A stretch of 52,745 nucleotides of DNA, taken from a virus. The position numbers were made by a program, and so were the translations under genes. Where the stretch lies: the IMG/VR virus record IMGVR_UViG_3300043184_000117; one strand, given 5' to 3'. Positions 25,225-35,612 of the stretch are shown here, in pieces; the stretch's first letter is position 1, and the number at the start of each line of letters is the position of its first letter. The notes below the pieces were generated by a model. It saw only the letters and a program-made list of their open reading frames with translations, was not told the DNA's origin and searched no databases.

Positions 25225-27585
25225 TTAGGTCATTCCTGCCAATTTTTCCCCTTGGGTGGGGTACGTTGTAAATTGAGCGTTAGTATTGCCCTGGGCAGGT
25301 TGCTGCGCATTTGGATCCTCAACTGGCTGCTGATTTACTAATATGGCAAGTGTTTGTTGCCTCAAACTTGGATCCAAATCTATACCTAGAATTAGGGATA
25401 ATTTAAGGCGATTGTTGTATGGGATTGAGGTTGGATTTTTATCCACGGCGTCATAAACACGCTGTTGAATCTCTACTAGTAAATTAGGATATAACCGTGA
25501 AAGTACTTCAACCTGATCTTTGGTTAGGGTATTATCTTTTAAATCATCGATCGCCGATAATGGGTCTATAATTGTCCTCATTTGGCGCTTAAACTTCAAT
25601 AATTCCATATCTGACGGCTTGTATGGTCTATTTTTTAGTAATGGATTATTTGGCGTAAGAGGTTTTGGCATTATTTCATCAATAAATCTTATTGTATCAG
25701 CTGTTTTAACTTGAGCCGCTTGAGCGATTTGAGGGGCACCCATTTCGCCAATATCCGTTAAGGCTTGAGTTATTTCTGATTGGTCAGGGTGCAGCACCGC
25801 GTTTGAAATTTTGTTGCTAAAGTGCTCATAATTGTCATCTTGTTTATCACCGGTTAATTGAGATAAAGATGTGATTGCGCGACCTTTTGTGCGCTGACCG
25901 TAGTCTTTTAACTTTGTACCAATGTCGTCTAATTTTTTAGCGGTCTTTTTCATTTGGTCACTAGTAAATAATAGACCACCAACATTATACATTCCCTGTA
26001 CATATTGCTTAGCTTTGTTTGCTGCTACGCCCGTTGCGGCACCTAAAAGACCTCCAGAGGCAGCACCTGCGCCTCCTAAAATTATATCCGTTAAGCCTAG
26101 CCCTGGACGATTTACCTCACGCGCAGCGCTTCTTGATATTAATGGCTCAATACTTGTTGCCATTCTATAAGTATCATTATGTTGTTTAAACGATTGGGCT
26201 ACATCTTTTAAATCAGGAAAAACTTTAGAAATATTTGGTGCTAAACTATCTTTAAAATAATCTTGAATATCGCGAACAATTTCTTTTCTGGCATCAGTAG
26301 CTAAATCAGAAATATTATTTAGTTTATCGTAATTTATTAAATTTTTAGTGCTTTTTTGAAATTCTCTAAGAGCATTTAAATTAATAGGCTTTGAATCACC
26401 TTGAAAATTAATTTTAACAAAATTACCAATATTACCTAGTTCTTGCTCAACTTTTTGTAATTGAGCGTTGTATCTAATATCATCTTTGTATGGATTAATG
26501 TATTTGTCTTGTATTTTTGTAGCTAATTGAGAATAATCATACATTCCATCTTTTAGCTCTGCAACCGCGGCATCATCTAAAGTTGGCACCATGTTAGTTA
26601 TTCTTTCATCAAGTTGCTTAATTACTCCACCCAGGGCTTTTCCAGATGTAATTTCTACAGCCTTTACTGCATCTGACAATCTCTCAACATCTGTCAAAAC
26701 ACCGGCATCTCCTTTACTAATGTCTCGCAAAAATTGTGGCATTTTTTCAACTACATCAGGAGCGCGTTGTTCTAGTTTTGCTCTTTGAGCAGGCGTAGCA
26801 CCGATTGCGCGAAAAGCACTATCGGTTTCATAATTTTTTAATGTGTCGCCTAATTCTCTTTTTTCTTTTCCTAGTTTAAGAATAGGTTTTAGTGCAGCAC
26901 TGCCGGCACCAAATATTCCACCTAAAGCACCACCAGCAAGCATTGTTTCTGCGGCAGCTTCTGGATCTCCTAAAGCTGCTTCAGTTATTGCAGTCGGAGC
27001 CGCATAAGTTAATCCCTCCGATATTTCTCTAGCTACAGGTGCAATTTTAGATGATACTGCTTTGGCGGCAACATTTTCAGCAGCTTTACCAACTGCGGTT
27101 GCACCGCGCATCAATTGAGAAGCTGGGTTAACTATTTTACCTGCAGTAGTTACGGGATTTAGCAATCCAACACCAAAGCCAGCAAGTCCTCCTGCTGTAT
27201 TTGCTAAATTATGTTCTTTTTTAAGAGCTTCACGTTTAGCAACTTCAAGAGGGTCAGAAGTTTTGTTTAAAATTAACTCTGGTAACCCAAGTGCAGCTTC
27301 ATCAACAAATTGACCCAATGCGACTTTTGCAGCGCCGCCTATGCCTTTATTTTCTTTTACATATTCACGAATTTCGGTTTGATCTGGAGTTTCCAGTTTA
27401 TATCCACCACTTAGTGCTTGGGGGAGTTCAGAGGCATCAAGGTTGTAAGATTCACCTTGTTCGTCGACAACATTAACCTTAGTGCCTTTTTTGTATGCGT
27501 GGGTACCGGCGGCTAACGCTTTTGGTATATTATCCGTGGTTATGTCTTCTGGTAAACCAGTTTGAACATTATATAATTTTTGCAT
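25225..27585 (-). CDS. Internal virion/ejection protein candidate (786 aa)
   Basis: Position equivalent to T7 gp15/16; A/G-rich segments (GGAGAASGGLLGAATG); no enzymatic motif seen. Confidence 0.5.
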   Translation of the reverse strand: MQKLYNVQTGLPEDITTDNIPKALAAGTHAYKKGTKVNVVDEQGESYNLDASELPQALSGGYKLETPDQTEIREYVKENKGIGGAAKVALGQFVDEAALGLPELILNKTSDPLEVAKREALKKEHNLANTAGGLAGFGVGLLNPVTTAGKIVNPASQLMRGATAVGKAAENVAAKAVSSKIAPVAREISEGLTYAAPTAITEAALGDPEAAAETMLAGGALGGIFGAGSAALKPILKLGKEKRELGDTLKNYETDSAFRAIGATPAQRAKLEQRAPDVVEKMPQFLRDISKGDAGVLTDVERLSDAVKAVEITSGKALGGVIKQLDERITNMVPTLDDAAVAELKDGMYDYSQLATKIQDKYINPYKDDIRYNAQLQKVEQELGNIGNFVKINFQGDSKPINLNALREFQKSTKNLINYDKLNNISDLATDARKEIVRDIQDYFKDSLAPNISKVFPDLKDVAQSFKQHNDTYRMATSIEPLISRSAAREVNRPGLGLTDIILGGAGAASGGLLGAATGVAANKAKQYVQGMYNVGGLLFTSDQMKKTAKKLDDIGTKLKDYGQRTKGRAITSLSQLTGDKQDDNYEHFSNKISNAVLHPDQSEITQALTDIGEMGAPQIAQAAQVKTADTIRFIDEIMPKPLTPNNPLLKNRPYKPSDMELLKFKRQMRTIIDPLSAIDDLKDNTLTKDQVEVLSRLYPNLLVEIQQRVYDAVDKNPTSIPYNNRLKLSLILGIDLDPSLRQQTLAILVNQQPVEDPNAQQPAQGNTNAQFTTYPTQGEKLAGMT

Positions 27586-27599
27586 AGTGACCTTTAAAA

Positions 27600-29159
27600 T
27601 TAGTTCTTCTGCAATGATTTTAATTGAGGTTCGTCATTTAGTAAACCAAATCCACGTAATTTTTGAGCCTCGCCTGCCATTTTTATATCAATAAATTCTT
27701 TTAATTTTTGTTCTTTTAGTCTTCGCATACTAGCTGTATCTGTAGGAGCCAATAAAAATGGTTTTACATTTCTTTCAATTTCAGCTTCTTGGATTGTACC
27801 TTGACCAGCCATTGTTTGTCTAATAGCTGACTCTAGTTTAGCATTTTCTGTAGCAAGAATAGTTTTAGCGTCACTTAAAGGAACTACTGCACTAAGTCCA
27901 ATATCTCTAGTTGATCCAAACGTATTTTTTATTGCGTTTAGTGTAGCTTTTCCAGAATCGTAAGTTTCTTTAGCTTTTAATAATGTAGCTTGTGTTCCGG
28001 CAGGAAATTTCATGATTTTTTGAGTAATAGGATCCTGACCTTGACCAATTTGAGCGGCTTCAGCGGCTTTTTGTACCGACTCTTGCGCTTTAATTCCTAA
28101 TTCTTGCGCTTTCATTTGTAATTCTTGCTGTGCTTGTACATTACGAGATTGTTGCGCCATTTCGGTTAATTTAAGTTGCGCCATTTGATACATTTCAGCA
28201 CGTTTTGCATTACGAGCCGCTTCTTTATTTCCATTGTATTTATTGAGGAGATCTTGGTATCTAGAAACTTTATCTTTTGCCGCAGCTTGCTTGCTGGCTA
28301 AAAGCCCCTCTTGCGCCTTTATATCTCTCTCAATTATATTATCAATAAATTTTGTTGGGTTTGCTTGTCCAGAGTAACCGCCCGCAGCTGCGCCAGCAAG
28401 CATAAGCAATTTTCCAAAAAAACCCATATCACTAAAAACTTTATTTGGATTAACTTTACCAGCGGCAATTTCGTCTAAGCCCTCTTGAGCTTTGCCTAAA
28501 TCACTTTCTAATTGCTGCTGCTTCAAATCTTTTTCAATAGCATTATCTGCCTCAAGCTTAGCAAGTTGGGTTTCATAACCTTTAACTACACTCATTTCAT
28601 CATTAGCAGCTTGAGCGCCAATAGCAGCTGGAGCATCCAATACTGGATTCATTTGAGGTGCAATCGGCGCAGGCGGTTGAGTTGCAGGAGCTTTAGCACC
28701 ACTAAGTTCTAATTCTTCTGGACTAACTGGAGTTTGTTGTATTGGTTGAGAAGGGAGACCCACGGCTGCCATGTCTAGATTGAGTTGTTCTTCTTCTAGT
28801 TTTTTAGCTTCTTCCGCGCGTTGGTTTGCAGATTTTAAGGCGTTAATTTCAGTAGCCGCTTCAACAACCTTTCTATCCGTAACCGGACTGCGAGATACAC
28901 CCGACGGACCGACATCGGCTAACTTAGCAGCCGCTCTACCTGTGGATTGCTCAAGCAGTTGTTGTTTAGGATCAATAGCTTGACTAGTCATAGGCTGCAT
29001 TTCTGCAACTCCACTAATTTGGTCTAGTGTGCTATCTAAGCCTGTTTGTTGCGCAACATCGCTGAATGGAGTTTTATTAGATGCCCGGATTTTGTCAAAA
29101 GTTTCTTGACTAATTATTCCAGAGTCTAGCAATGTTTTTGCTTGTTGCGGTGTAAACAT
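27600..29159 (-). CDS. Internal virion/ejection protein candidate (519 aa), Q/A/K-rich coiled coil
   Basis: Composition and position. Confidence 0.5.
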   Translation of the reverse strand: MFTPQQAKTLLDSGIISQETFDKIRASNKTPFSDVAQQTGLDSTLDQISGVAEMQPMTSQAIDPKQQLLEQSTGRAAAKLADVGPSGVSRSPVTDRKVVEAATEINALKSANQRAEEAKKLEEEQLNLDMAAVGLPSQPIQQTPVSPEELELSGAKAPATQPPAPIAPQMNPVLDAPAAIGAQAANDEMSVVKGYETQLAKLEADNAIEKDLKQQQLESDLGKAQEGLDEIAAGKVNPNKVFSDMGFFGKLLMLAGAAAGGYSGQANPTKFIDNIIERDIKAQEGLLASKQAAAKDKVSRYQDLLNKYNGNKEAARNAKRAEMYQMAQLKLTEMAQQSRNVQAQQELQMKAQELGIKAQESVQKAAEAAQIGQGQDPITQKIMKFPAGTQATLLKAKETYDSGKATLNAIKNTFGSTRDIGLSAVVPLSDAKTILATENAKLESAIRQTMAGQGTIQEAEIERNVKPFLLAPTDTASMRRLKEQKLKEFIDIKMAGEAQKLRGFGLLNDEPQLKSLQKN

Positions 29160-29188
29160 AATTTAACCTTATGGTTAAGATTTAATAA

Positions 29189-29377
29189 TTAAAGACCGAT
29201 ATTTTTTTTATAACTTTCGTCGTAAAATCTAGGATTTTTTTCTTTTTGTTTTTCAAACCATTCTTTTTTCTTTTTTGTATACTCATCATCTTCTGGTTTG
29301 GCTAATTTAGAAAAAACTCCTTTTTTAGCATCAGGGGCTCCATATTTTGATTTTAATGCATCTATTAATCCAGCCAT
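29189..29377 (-). CDS. Hypothetical lysine-rich protein (62 aa)
   Basis: ORF track. Confidence 0.5.
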   Translation of the reverse strand: MAGLIDALKSKYGAPDAKKGVFSKLAKPEDDEYTKKKKEWFEKQKEKNPRFYDESYKKNIGL

Positions 29378-29379
29378 AA

Positions 29380-30297
29380 TTACTCCTTATTCTTTTCTAG
29401 TTTTTTTATTTTTTTTGCCAACTCACTAACAGCTGCCATTGTTATTGGAACTGCTTTTTTAAGATCAACCATTTTACCTTCTGGGCTTTCTGACACCAAT
29501 GTTTTACCTAATTTACTTTTTTCAAGATCTTGTGCCATAATGCCAGTAACTGTACCATCCTGATAAGATTCACCATTAGGTTGTTTGTATTGAAATTTCT
29601 TAGCTTTTAATTTGCCAACCATTTCTGACAAATCAGCAGGTTTTATATTAGTTTTCATTTCTTCGTCAGAAAAAGCAGTAGCTGCACCCTGCACTAACCC
29701 ACTAAACATTCCAGCATTTCTTTGAGCGTTAGCCTGATCAATTTGAGTCTGCCTTTCTTGTTTTGCTTGGTATTGTCCTGCCCTCATTGCTTCTCTATCT
29801 TGTAATGCCTGTTGTTGAGCAGCTAATTCTTGACCATAGGCACCTTGAGCTTGTTGCATTTCTTGCGCTCTTAGTATTGCGGATTGTCCAGCCGCTTCTT
29901 GAGTAGCTCCAGCTTGTTGTTGCATAGCTGTACGTTGAGTCAACGCTGGATTCATGCTGCGTGACGCCGCTACTTGTCCAGCTAATTGAGCGATATTACG
30001 GTTAGTGCCAGTTTGGAGTTGTTGTTGTGCTACTGTTGGACCTTCGCCTAAACTCTGCTTTCTGAGTTGCTCAGCAAATGCTTGGCGTTGTGCACTAGGG
30101 GTAAATGCAGCTTGATCCGGATCATACATGCCTCCTGCTCCAGGAGATCCACCTTTGCCCAACCCAAGTCCTTTAGCAATTTCACTAACACCTAAAGCAT
30201 TTAATGCTATTGATGGATTAGCTGCTATAGCAAGCGGATTACGGGCAAATCTTTTAATACCACCAAACATCCCACCACGTTTTTTCTTTCCACCCAT
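29380..30297 (-). CDS. Q/A-rich virion protein with C-terminal peptidase-S74 intramolecular-chaperone auto-processing domain
   Basis: AFSDEEMKTNIKP...FQYK......TGIMAQDLEKS...MVDLKKAVPITMAAVSELAKKIKKLE fits the SDxxxKxNI ... GxxAQE ... coiled C-terminus pattern. Confidence 0.6.
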   Translation of the reverse strand: MGGKKKRGGMFGGIKRFARNPLAIAANPSIALNALGVSEIAKGLGLGKGGSPGAGGMYDPDQAAFTPSAQRQAFAEQLRKQSLGEGPTVAQQQLQTGTNRNIAQLAGQVAASRSMNPALTQRTAMQQQAGATQEAAGQSAILRAQEMQQAQGAYGQELAAQQQALQDREAMRAGQYQAKQERQTQIDQANAQRNAGMFSGLVQGAATAFSDEEMKTNIKPADLSEMVGKLKAKKFQYKQPNGESYQDGTVTGIMAQDLEKSKLGKTLVSESPEGKMVDLKKAVPITMAAVSELAKKIKKLEKNKE

Positions 30298-30299
30298 AA

Positions 30300-30638
30300 T
30301 TACTCCAAAAATTTTATCATTGTAATGACATTATTGTTTGCCGAATGAAACTTATAACCATCAGTTAGCATCATCCTCACACTTCGCTCAGGGATACCTG
30401 TGCCTATTTGAACAGTTCCGGTCATAAATTTACAACCCTTTTCCCTTGCAATATCTTCAATATTTGCACAGATTGCGCTCATAGTAAATTTATTTCTAAA
30501 TTCCGGAACCATATAACAATGATCAATATAGCACTCATCATTATTAATTTGATACGATGCCCAACCACGCCCTTCTGGATCAATATAACAATCATGACCA
30601 GGATAAGTTTCTTTTAAATATGCCTTATACTGTTCCAT
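30300..30638 (-). CDS. Mini GNAT-like acetyltransferase embedded in the virion module
   Basis: CYMVPEFRNKFTMSAICANIEDIAREKGCKFM resembles the GNAT motif A/B region; 112 aa. Confidence 0.4.
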   Translation of the reverse strand: MEQYKAYLKETYPGHDCYIDPEGRGWASYQINNDECYIDHCYMVPEFRNKFTMSAICANIEDIAREKGCKFMTGTVQIGTGIPERSVRMMLTDGYKFHSANNNVITMIKFLE

Positions 30639-30640
30639 AG

Positions 30641-33592
30641 TTACTTAGTTCCAAATGTTTGAGATTGATTAAGTTTTCCAGTTCCAGACTTTAATCCTAC
30701 CTCAAAATTTAAATTAGATAAAGATAGCCCTCTCCCGTAAGTATCGTTTTGGAGTTCAGTTATTTTGATCCTAATAGACTGGGCTTTTTGTACATTCATA
30801 TCTACACGAAATTGATAAGCATTTAACAATCCAGGACCGCCATATAAGGCATCCGATCCATAAGTGGCAGAGTTGCCATAAGTAGATGAGTTAATAAACG
30901 CATCACTATCAATCACTTTTTCACTAATAAATGAGTTATTATAATTATAGGCACATTGCACCATTATTTTGTGTTTACTATAAAATTCACCCAAGCCTAA
31001 CATTTTGTAAACACGTTGAAATCCCTGAATTCCTGCAAAACTCAGCCACCCAGTGTCCACCTGCAGACTAATTGGCTCACTATTGTCCAAATATGAACCA
31101 TCCTCAAAAAATATCATACCATCGTTTCTTAAATACACGTAATTATTAATAAGAATTTCAGCATCTTTTCCACTGTGGTTGTCAAAAATACTCCAGCGCT
31201 CTACATAAAGATCATAAACTAACGCTAGGTTACTTGATGTAAGAAATCTTACTTGATTGTTATTAGGAACCAATGTAGCAGCTGTTACTGTTAGATTATT
31301 ATAGGCTTCTACTTCAGCACCAATATAAGTTAAGCTCGCACCTCTATCAAGTAAATAGATCCCTTTTTCAGACTTAAACATTAAGCCTTTGGGAGTTATA
31401 ACTATTGAGGAAGGGTCGGTACATCCGACATCAGATGCAATCCTGTCGGGAGATCCGAAATCATCTTGCTGCCCTAGGTCGTTTGGTCCGTTACCAGACA
31501 AAATAAACAACGATGAGCGCTTAAATATAACTAATTTATCATCTAATACACCTAAGCCGGTTATTGGTCCGCCCTGGTTACTTATTGTCAATCTAAAAAA
31601 ATCTGAAAATTGGGCAGGGTTTCCAGGGACAAATAGCTTGGAAAACGCAATTTGTTGCGCATTTTCAAGCCCTGCAAGTACAATTCTGTTTTTCCAGTTT
31701 GTGATAATTGAGGCGTTAGGGGCGGGATCATTGTCAAGAACTCCGCCAGTAGTATAAAGCAACTCATTACTTAATATAGTAGCGTCTGCAAGTGTATCAA
31801 CAAATGTTATTGAGTCTACGCTTGTGTTGTTGAATGTGGGGCTTGTTGTAGAGCTTACTTTATAAAAAAGCGTACCGTTCGACTCTGTTCGATATACCTC
31901 AATAAATACATTAGTTTTATATGTTAGCCTTAGTGTTGGAATAATAACTTCTTGGGCATGCGTAGCTCCTCCGGTACTAATTACTTTAGTTTGAGGGATA
32001 GATACTGCGCTTCGATGCAGCTGACCGCGATTATCATACCACGCATAAACTGCAGCATATTGATATGTGCCTGACGCAATAAACCCGCCAGTAGTTTGTG
32101 TTACCCCAAATGTTACATTTTCTGGATAAAGAAAAAAATTATCTTCAGTTACTACCGACCCATCATAATTTTTAAGTATACCACCAGTCACATACAAATT
32201 TTGACCTAATCCCGAATCTTGATAATTTAAAGATGGATTAAAATTTACAAGTGTTCTATTTACACCGTATGTAGATGCAAATGTTGTGCCATTTGATTGA
32301 ACGTTTGATTTTATTTGATTTACACACATAAATTGCCCGTTAGACAATATAGGAAATAAATCTAAACTATTTTGCTCAATTACAGTACCACCAACACCTA
32401 CACTAAATCTTCCTTGAATTTCACCACTAATAGTCGATAAAAAATAAGTGGATTGAAGAGAAGACTCATGCACTAAAAGTGTATACTGTACGCCTTGGTT
32501 TTGAAATAATTTACTAGCCTGCCCAACCGATCTTAAAAAAACACTTGGTGTCCCAACTACGCCTGCTAAAGTTACAGTATTTTTTTTAACAAAATAATTA
32601 GACGCTGGAGAAGCGGTTACTGTGTAAAGAATAGTTTGTGATGTGCTACTAGTACTGATAGCGCTTAGATTGTTTACGTTAGCGATTGTTTCAATAATTG
32701 TAGCACCTAAAAGTACGGCACCTAGTGTATAACTAAAGCATGCCATTTTTACAGCCGTACCATTGTAGTATGATACCCAAATTCTAAATTGATCGTCAGT
32801 GTTTATTGATACGGTGACTGTTGCGGTTTCTCCGGTAATACTCACTGATGAAGAAAGAGCGTCTGTTTCATCAATATAGAAAACTTGTAAAGGATTACCC
32901 AATGATGACTGGTAAGCTACATAAATTCTATTATTTAAGGATACAATGTCGTATCTGGGGTTAGAGGCGCTTAAGTTGTTAACGATCGTAACTTCACTCA
33001 ATATTACCGACGGATTAGCTGAATTAACTTTACGATATTTAATTGCTGTACCTTCAGTAAAGAAAAAATAAAAAAAGTTTTGATTGGAGACTAACTTTGG
33101 ATTATCCCCACCCGCAGTAAGCGGTTGGTCGGATTGAAACAATGTATTAGTATCAAGATCGGATATTGAAAACCGGCAGCCGCCTCTACTATCTTTCCAC
33201 GCGTAAGCGCCAATATTAAAATTAGCGTCACACGTTAATTTAGTTGCATTATATGCGTTTCTCATTATTGAGGAGGACTCGACATTAAGATTAAACATTA
33301 CACCTTTATCAATCCATTTTTGAGTATTACTAGAGTACGAAAATAACCTTTCGTTACCAAAAGCAATTAGTTCATTGTTAAATGCGGCAAGAGATTCTGG
33401 CGTGGGAATTTTTTGTCCATTTATATCGTAGGTTGGATAGGCACTGTATCCGTTTCTTTTTTTTATTTGTTTTGGAGAAGTATATACGCCATTTACAATT
33501 GAATATAGTTGACCAATGTCTAGCTGCTTTTCATCAATTTTGGTGTTCATTCCACCAGAAAAATTGATAGGAAGTGACTGTTTTTGTAACAT
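30641..33592 (-). CDS. Tail tubular protein B / nozzle-like protein (983 aa)
   Basis: N-terminus LPINFSGGMNTKID...NGV......KKRNGY is reminiscent of T7 gp12 (GGISQQP..NG....KRP); size and position. Confidence 0.45.
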   Translation of the reverse strand: MLQKQSLPINFSGGMNTKIDEKQLDIGQLYSIVNGVYTSPKQIKKRNGYSAYPTYDINGQKIPTPESLAAFNNELIAFGNERLFSYSSNTQKWIDKGVMFNLNVESSSIMRNAYNATKLTCDANFNIGAYAWKDSRGGCRFSISDLDTNTLFQSDQPLTAGGDNPKLVSNQNFFYFFFTEGTAIKYRKVNSANPSVILSEVTIVNNLSASNPRYDIVSLNNRIYVAYQSSLGNPLQVFYIDETDALSSSVSITGETATVTVSINTDDQFRIWVSYYNGTAVKMACFSYTLGAVLLGATIIETIANVNNLSAISTSSTSQTILYTVTASPASNYFVKKNTVTLAGVVGTPSVFLRSVGQASKLFQNQGVQYTLLVHESSLQSTYFLSTISGEIQGRFSVGVGGTVIEQNSLDLFPILSNGQFMCVNQIKSNVQSNGTTFASTYGVNRTLVNFNPSLNYQDSGLGQNLYVTGGILKNYDGSVVTEDNFFLYPENVTFGVTQTTGGFIASGTYQYAAVYAWYDNRGQLHRSAVSIPQTKVISTGGATHAQEVIIPTLRLTYKTNVFIEVYRTESNGTLFYKVSSTTSPTFNNTSVDSITFVDTLADATILSNELLYTTGGVLDNDPAPNASIITNWKNRIVLAGLENAQQIAFSKLFVPGNPAQFSDFFRLTISNQGGPITGLGVLDDKLVIFKRSSLFILSGNGPNDLGQQDDFGSPDRIASDVGCTDPSSIVITPKGLMFKSEKGIYLLDRGASLTYIGAEVEAYNNLTVTAATLVPNNNQVRFLTSSNLALVYDLYVERWSIFDNHSGKDAEILINNYVYLRNDGMIFFEDGSYLDNSEPISLQVDTGWLSFAGIQGFQRVYKMLGLGEFYSKHKIMVQCAYNYNNSFISEKVIDSDAFINSSTYGNSATYGSDALYGGPGLLNAYQFRVDMNVQKAQSIRIKITELQNDTYGRGLSLSNLNFEVGLKSGTGKLNQSQTFGTK
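32276..32291 (-). promoter_or_regulatory. Perfect sigma-54 consensus TGGCAC-AACAT-TTGCA inside the nozzle gene
   Basis: Forward tgcaa-atgtt-gtgcca; codes NGTTFA in frame. Confidence 0.35.
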
Positions 33593-33610
33593 ACTAGCCT
33601 CTAGTTTAAA

Positions 33611-34267
33611 TTAACTAACGTACCATTTATCAGTGCCATCAGTTACTACCCAAAAACATCCATAAACTACATCCACTACAAAATTTATATTACCATCAAT
33701 TAAATCAGTACCTTGAGTTGCAATGGTGATATTATTTAAATTTGCAGTACCTAGAGTGTCTTTTACTATGTATATTCTACCTTGAGTTACGGATGATGCC
33801 AAGGGTAATGTAATTGTTCTTGCAGCACTAGTATCCACTAATAGATATACAAATTGCGATGCGGGTGATATAGTAATATCCGAAGCTACTGCTTGTGGCA
33901 AAACTAATTGAGCCGCGCCCGGAGTACTGACAATTGAGCCTCCGTTGGTTAGTTGTACCGCTGCTCCAGAACTATTAGTAAAGTAAAGGTTACCACTAAC
34001 GCTGTGTAATTTTAGTGCATTAACTGGACCGGTTAAAGTGCTAAGATTTGGGTACAATTGAGTGGATTTAGCATTTAACAGCTCTTGGGCTTGCATATCT
34101 AGACTGGCGTTTATATCGATACCGCTGGGCTTAATTTTAACGCCTTTACCGGTAGAGTGATCATGACTATCAATAAGAGTAAGCGCATCATTTATAGACT
34201 GAGCCCAACCTGGACCTACGCTTACGGTTGGAGTAGGTAAATTTAACCCCATAAATGATGTAATCAT
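33611..34267 (-). CDS. Tail/fibre-associated protein (218 aa)
   Basis: LNLPTPTVSVGPGWAQSINDALTLIDSHDHSTGKG, a common small-fibre N-terminus; C-terminal module shared with 22313-22777. Confidence 0.5.
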   Translation of the reverse strand: MITSFMGLNLPTPTVSVGPGWAQSINDALTLIDSHDHSTGKGVKIKPSGIDINASLDMQAQELLNAKSTQLYPNLSTLTGPVNALKLHSVSGNLYFTNSSGAAVQLTNGGSIVSTPGAAQLVLPQAVASDITISPASQFVYLLVDTSAARTITLPLASSVTQGRIYIVKDTLGTANLNNITIATQGTDLIDGNINFVVDVVYGCFWVVTDGTDKWYVS

Positions 34268-34276
34268 AAGTATTCC

Positions 34277-34600
34277 TTAAAACACCCACAAATCAACAGT
34301 TACATTGATATTGGAGTTTAAAATTAACGTTAAATTAGAACTTCTATTAGTATCTTGCTCATCATATATCTGGGCGGCGCCTCTTAATCGAGTTGTAAAC
34401 CAGCCTATCAATTCTCTGCCAAGTTTATGCTCAATAATGTTAGTTCCGTTAACGAGTTTTATATTTGTTAATAATTGCCCTTGAATAATCTGTATAGATG
34501 GTAAGGCATTGATTGCAGTGTCTACATTATCTTGAACTCTAGAGATAAGTTGATCTGGAATTTTTAATTTTTTAAATTTTCTAAATTGCACTAAAACCAC
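34277..34600 (-). CDS. Hypothetical virion protein (107 aa)
   Basis: ORF track. Confidence 0.5.
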   Translation of the reverse strand: MVLVQFRKFKKLKIPDQLISRVQDNVDTAINALPSIQIIQGQLLTNIKLVNGTNIIEHKLGRELIGWFTTRLRGAAQIYDEQDTNRSSNLTLILNSNINVTVDLWVF

Positions 34601-35268
34601 CGCCTGTTATTAAAACGATCTATGCGGTTAAGGTCGGTGATAGACTTAGGCATTCCTGCATCTCTTCGAGCTGCCATATTGATTATACGCTGGCGAAGCA
34701 TTTCTTTTTCTTGAACCATTGCAGACGTATCGGATTCTTCTTTTTGCAAGCATTTTCTAGCCGCATCTACAACAATATATTCTTCCCAACCGTTTATGCC
34801 ATCAAGGGTGTCAGTATCAAGAAGTAAAGTTGTGCATTTTGGAATGTACCAAAGGCGGTAATCTCCGGCAGCATTGTCTTCAGGGGTAATATAAATTTTA
34901 TTACCCACAATTCTATACTGAGTATACCATTGAGAGGCGTTTAAAATTCCTACACCTTGACGATTAATATTTCTTTCGGCAAATTGAAATGGCTGCAACG
35001 TATAGAAATTATTATTATCAAGTTTACCATCTACGCCGCGAAGTTTGTAAAAATCGGTTGGTAGATCAATTGTGCTTCCAGTAGTGATTGTTACTGTTAC
35101 TGGCGGCAACGTGTAGTAATCTTCAAATGATGCAACTAATAAATCATATAATTCTTGATAGCTAGAATTGATATATTGATTGAGTTCGTCCTCCTCAACA
35201 AACAAGGAGTTCTTCATATCGGCACGAGCGCGCACACGCTCACGCATTGTTGCTAAGGTCGTACTCAT
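34591..35268 (-). CDS. Head-tail adaptor / tail tubular A-position protein (225 aa)
   Basis: Position relative to the capsid and nozzle genes only. Confidence 0.35.
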   Translation of the reverse strand: MSTTLATMRERVRARADMKNSLFVEEDELNQYINSSYQELYDLLVASFEDYYTLPPVTVTITTGSTIDLPTDFYKLRGVDGKLDNNNFYTLQPFQFAERNINRQGVGILNASQWYTQYRIVGNKIYITPEDNAAGDYRLWYIPKCTTLLLDTDTLDGINGWEEYIVVDAARKCLQKEESDTSAMVQEKEMLRQRIINMAARRDAGMPKSITDLNRIDRFNNRRWF

Positions 35269-35284
35269 ATATAATCCTTAACTT

Positions 35285-35542
35285 TTATTCTTCAGACTCG
35301 TAAGATTCTTCTTTCATTTCGCACATATCGATAAAATCTTTAAGTGCTGAAACCATCATCTTGGCATCTTTTTTTTCTACAGCTTGCATCATCATTGAGG
35401 CGGCATCTTCAAGCGCCATTGACTTATCATCAACCGCTTCTCCTGGTTGTACTTCATCAACGACTTCTTCTTGTGATTTGCCTGGCTTTATTTTTGCTAC
35501 AATTATGCTCGCCATCTTTTTTTTATCTGGTAACATCATCAT
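35285..35542 (-). CDS. Hypothetical acidic Met-rich protein (85 aa)
   Basis: ORF track. Confidence 0.5.
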   Translation of the reverse strand: MMMLPDKKKMASIIVAKIKPGKSQEEVVDEVQPGEAVDDKSMALEDAASMMMQAVEKKDAKMMVSALKDFIDMCEMKEESYESEE

Positions 35543-35561
35543 ATAATATCCTTAATTTTAA

Positions 35562-35592
35562 CCAGAAACTATTATATTACAACAGTTTCTGG
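35562..35592 (-). terminator. 9-bp stem hairpin after the 136-aa gene
   Basis: CCAGAAACT-13 nt-AGTTTCTGG. Confidence 0.45.
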
Positions 35593-35612
35593 ATTAAATA
35601 ATAGTTAGTTAA

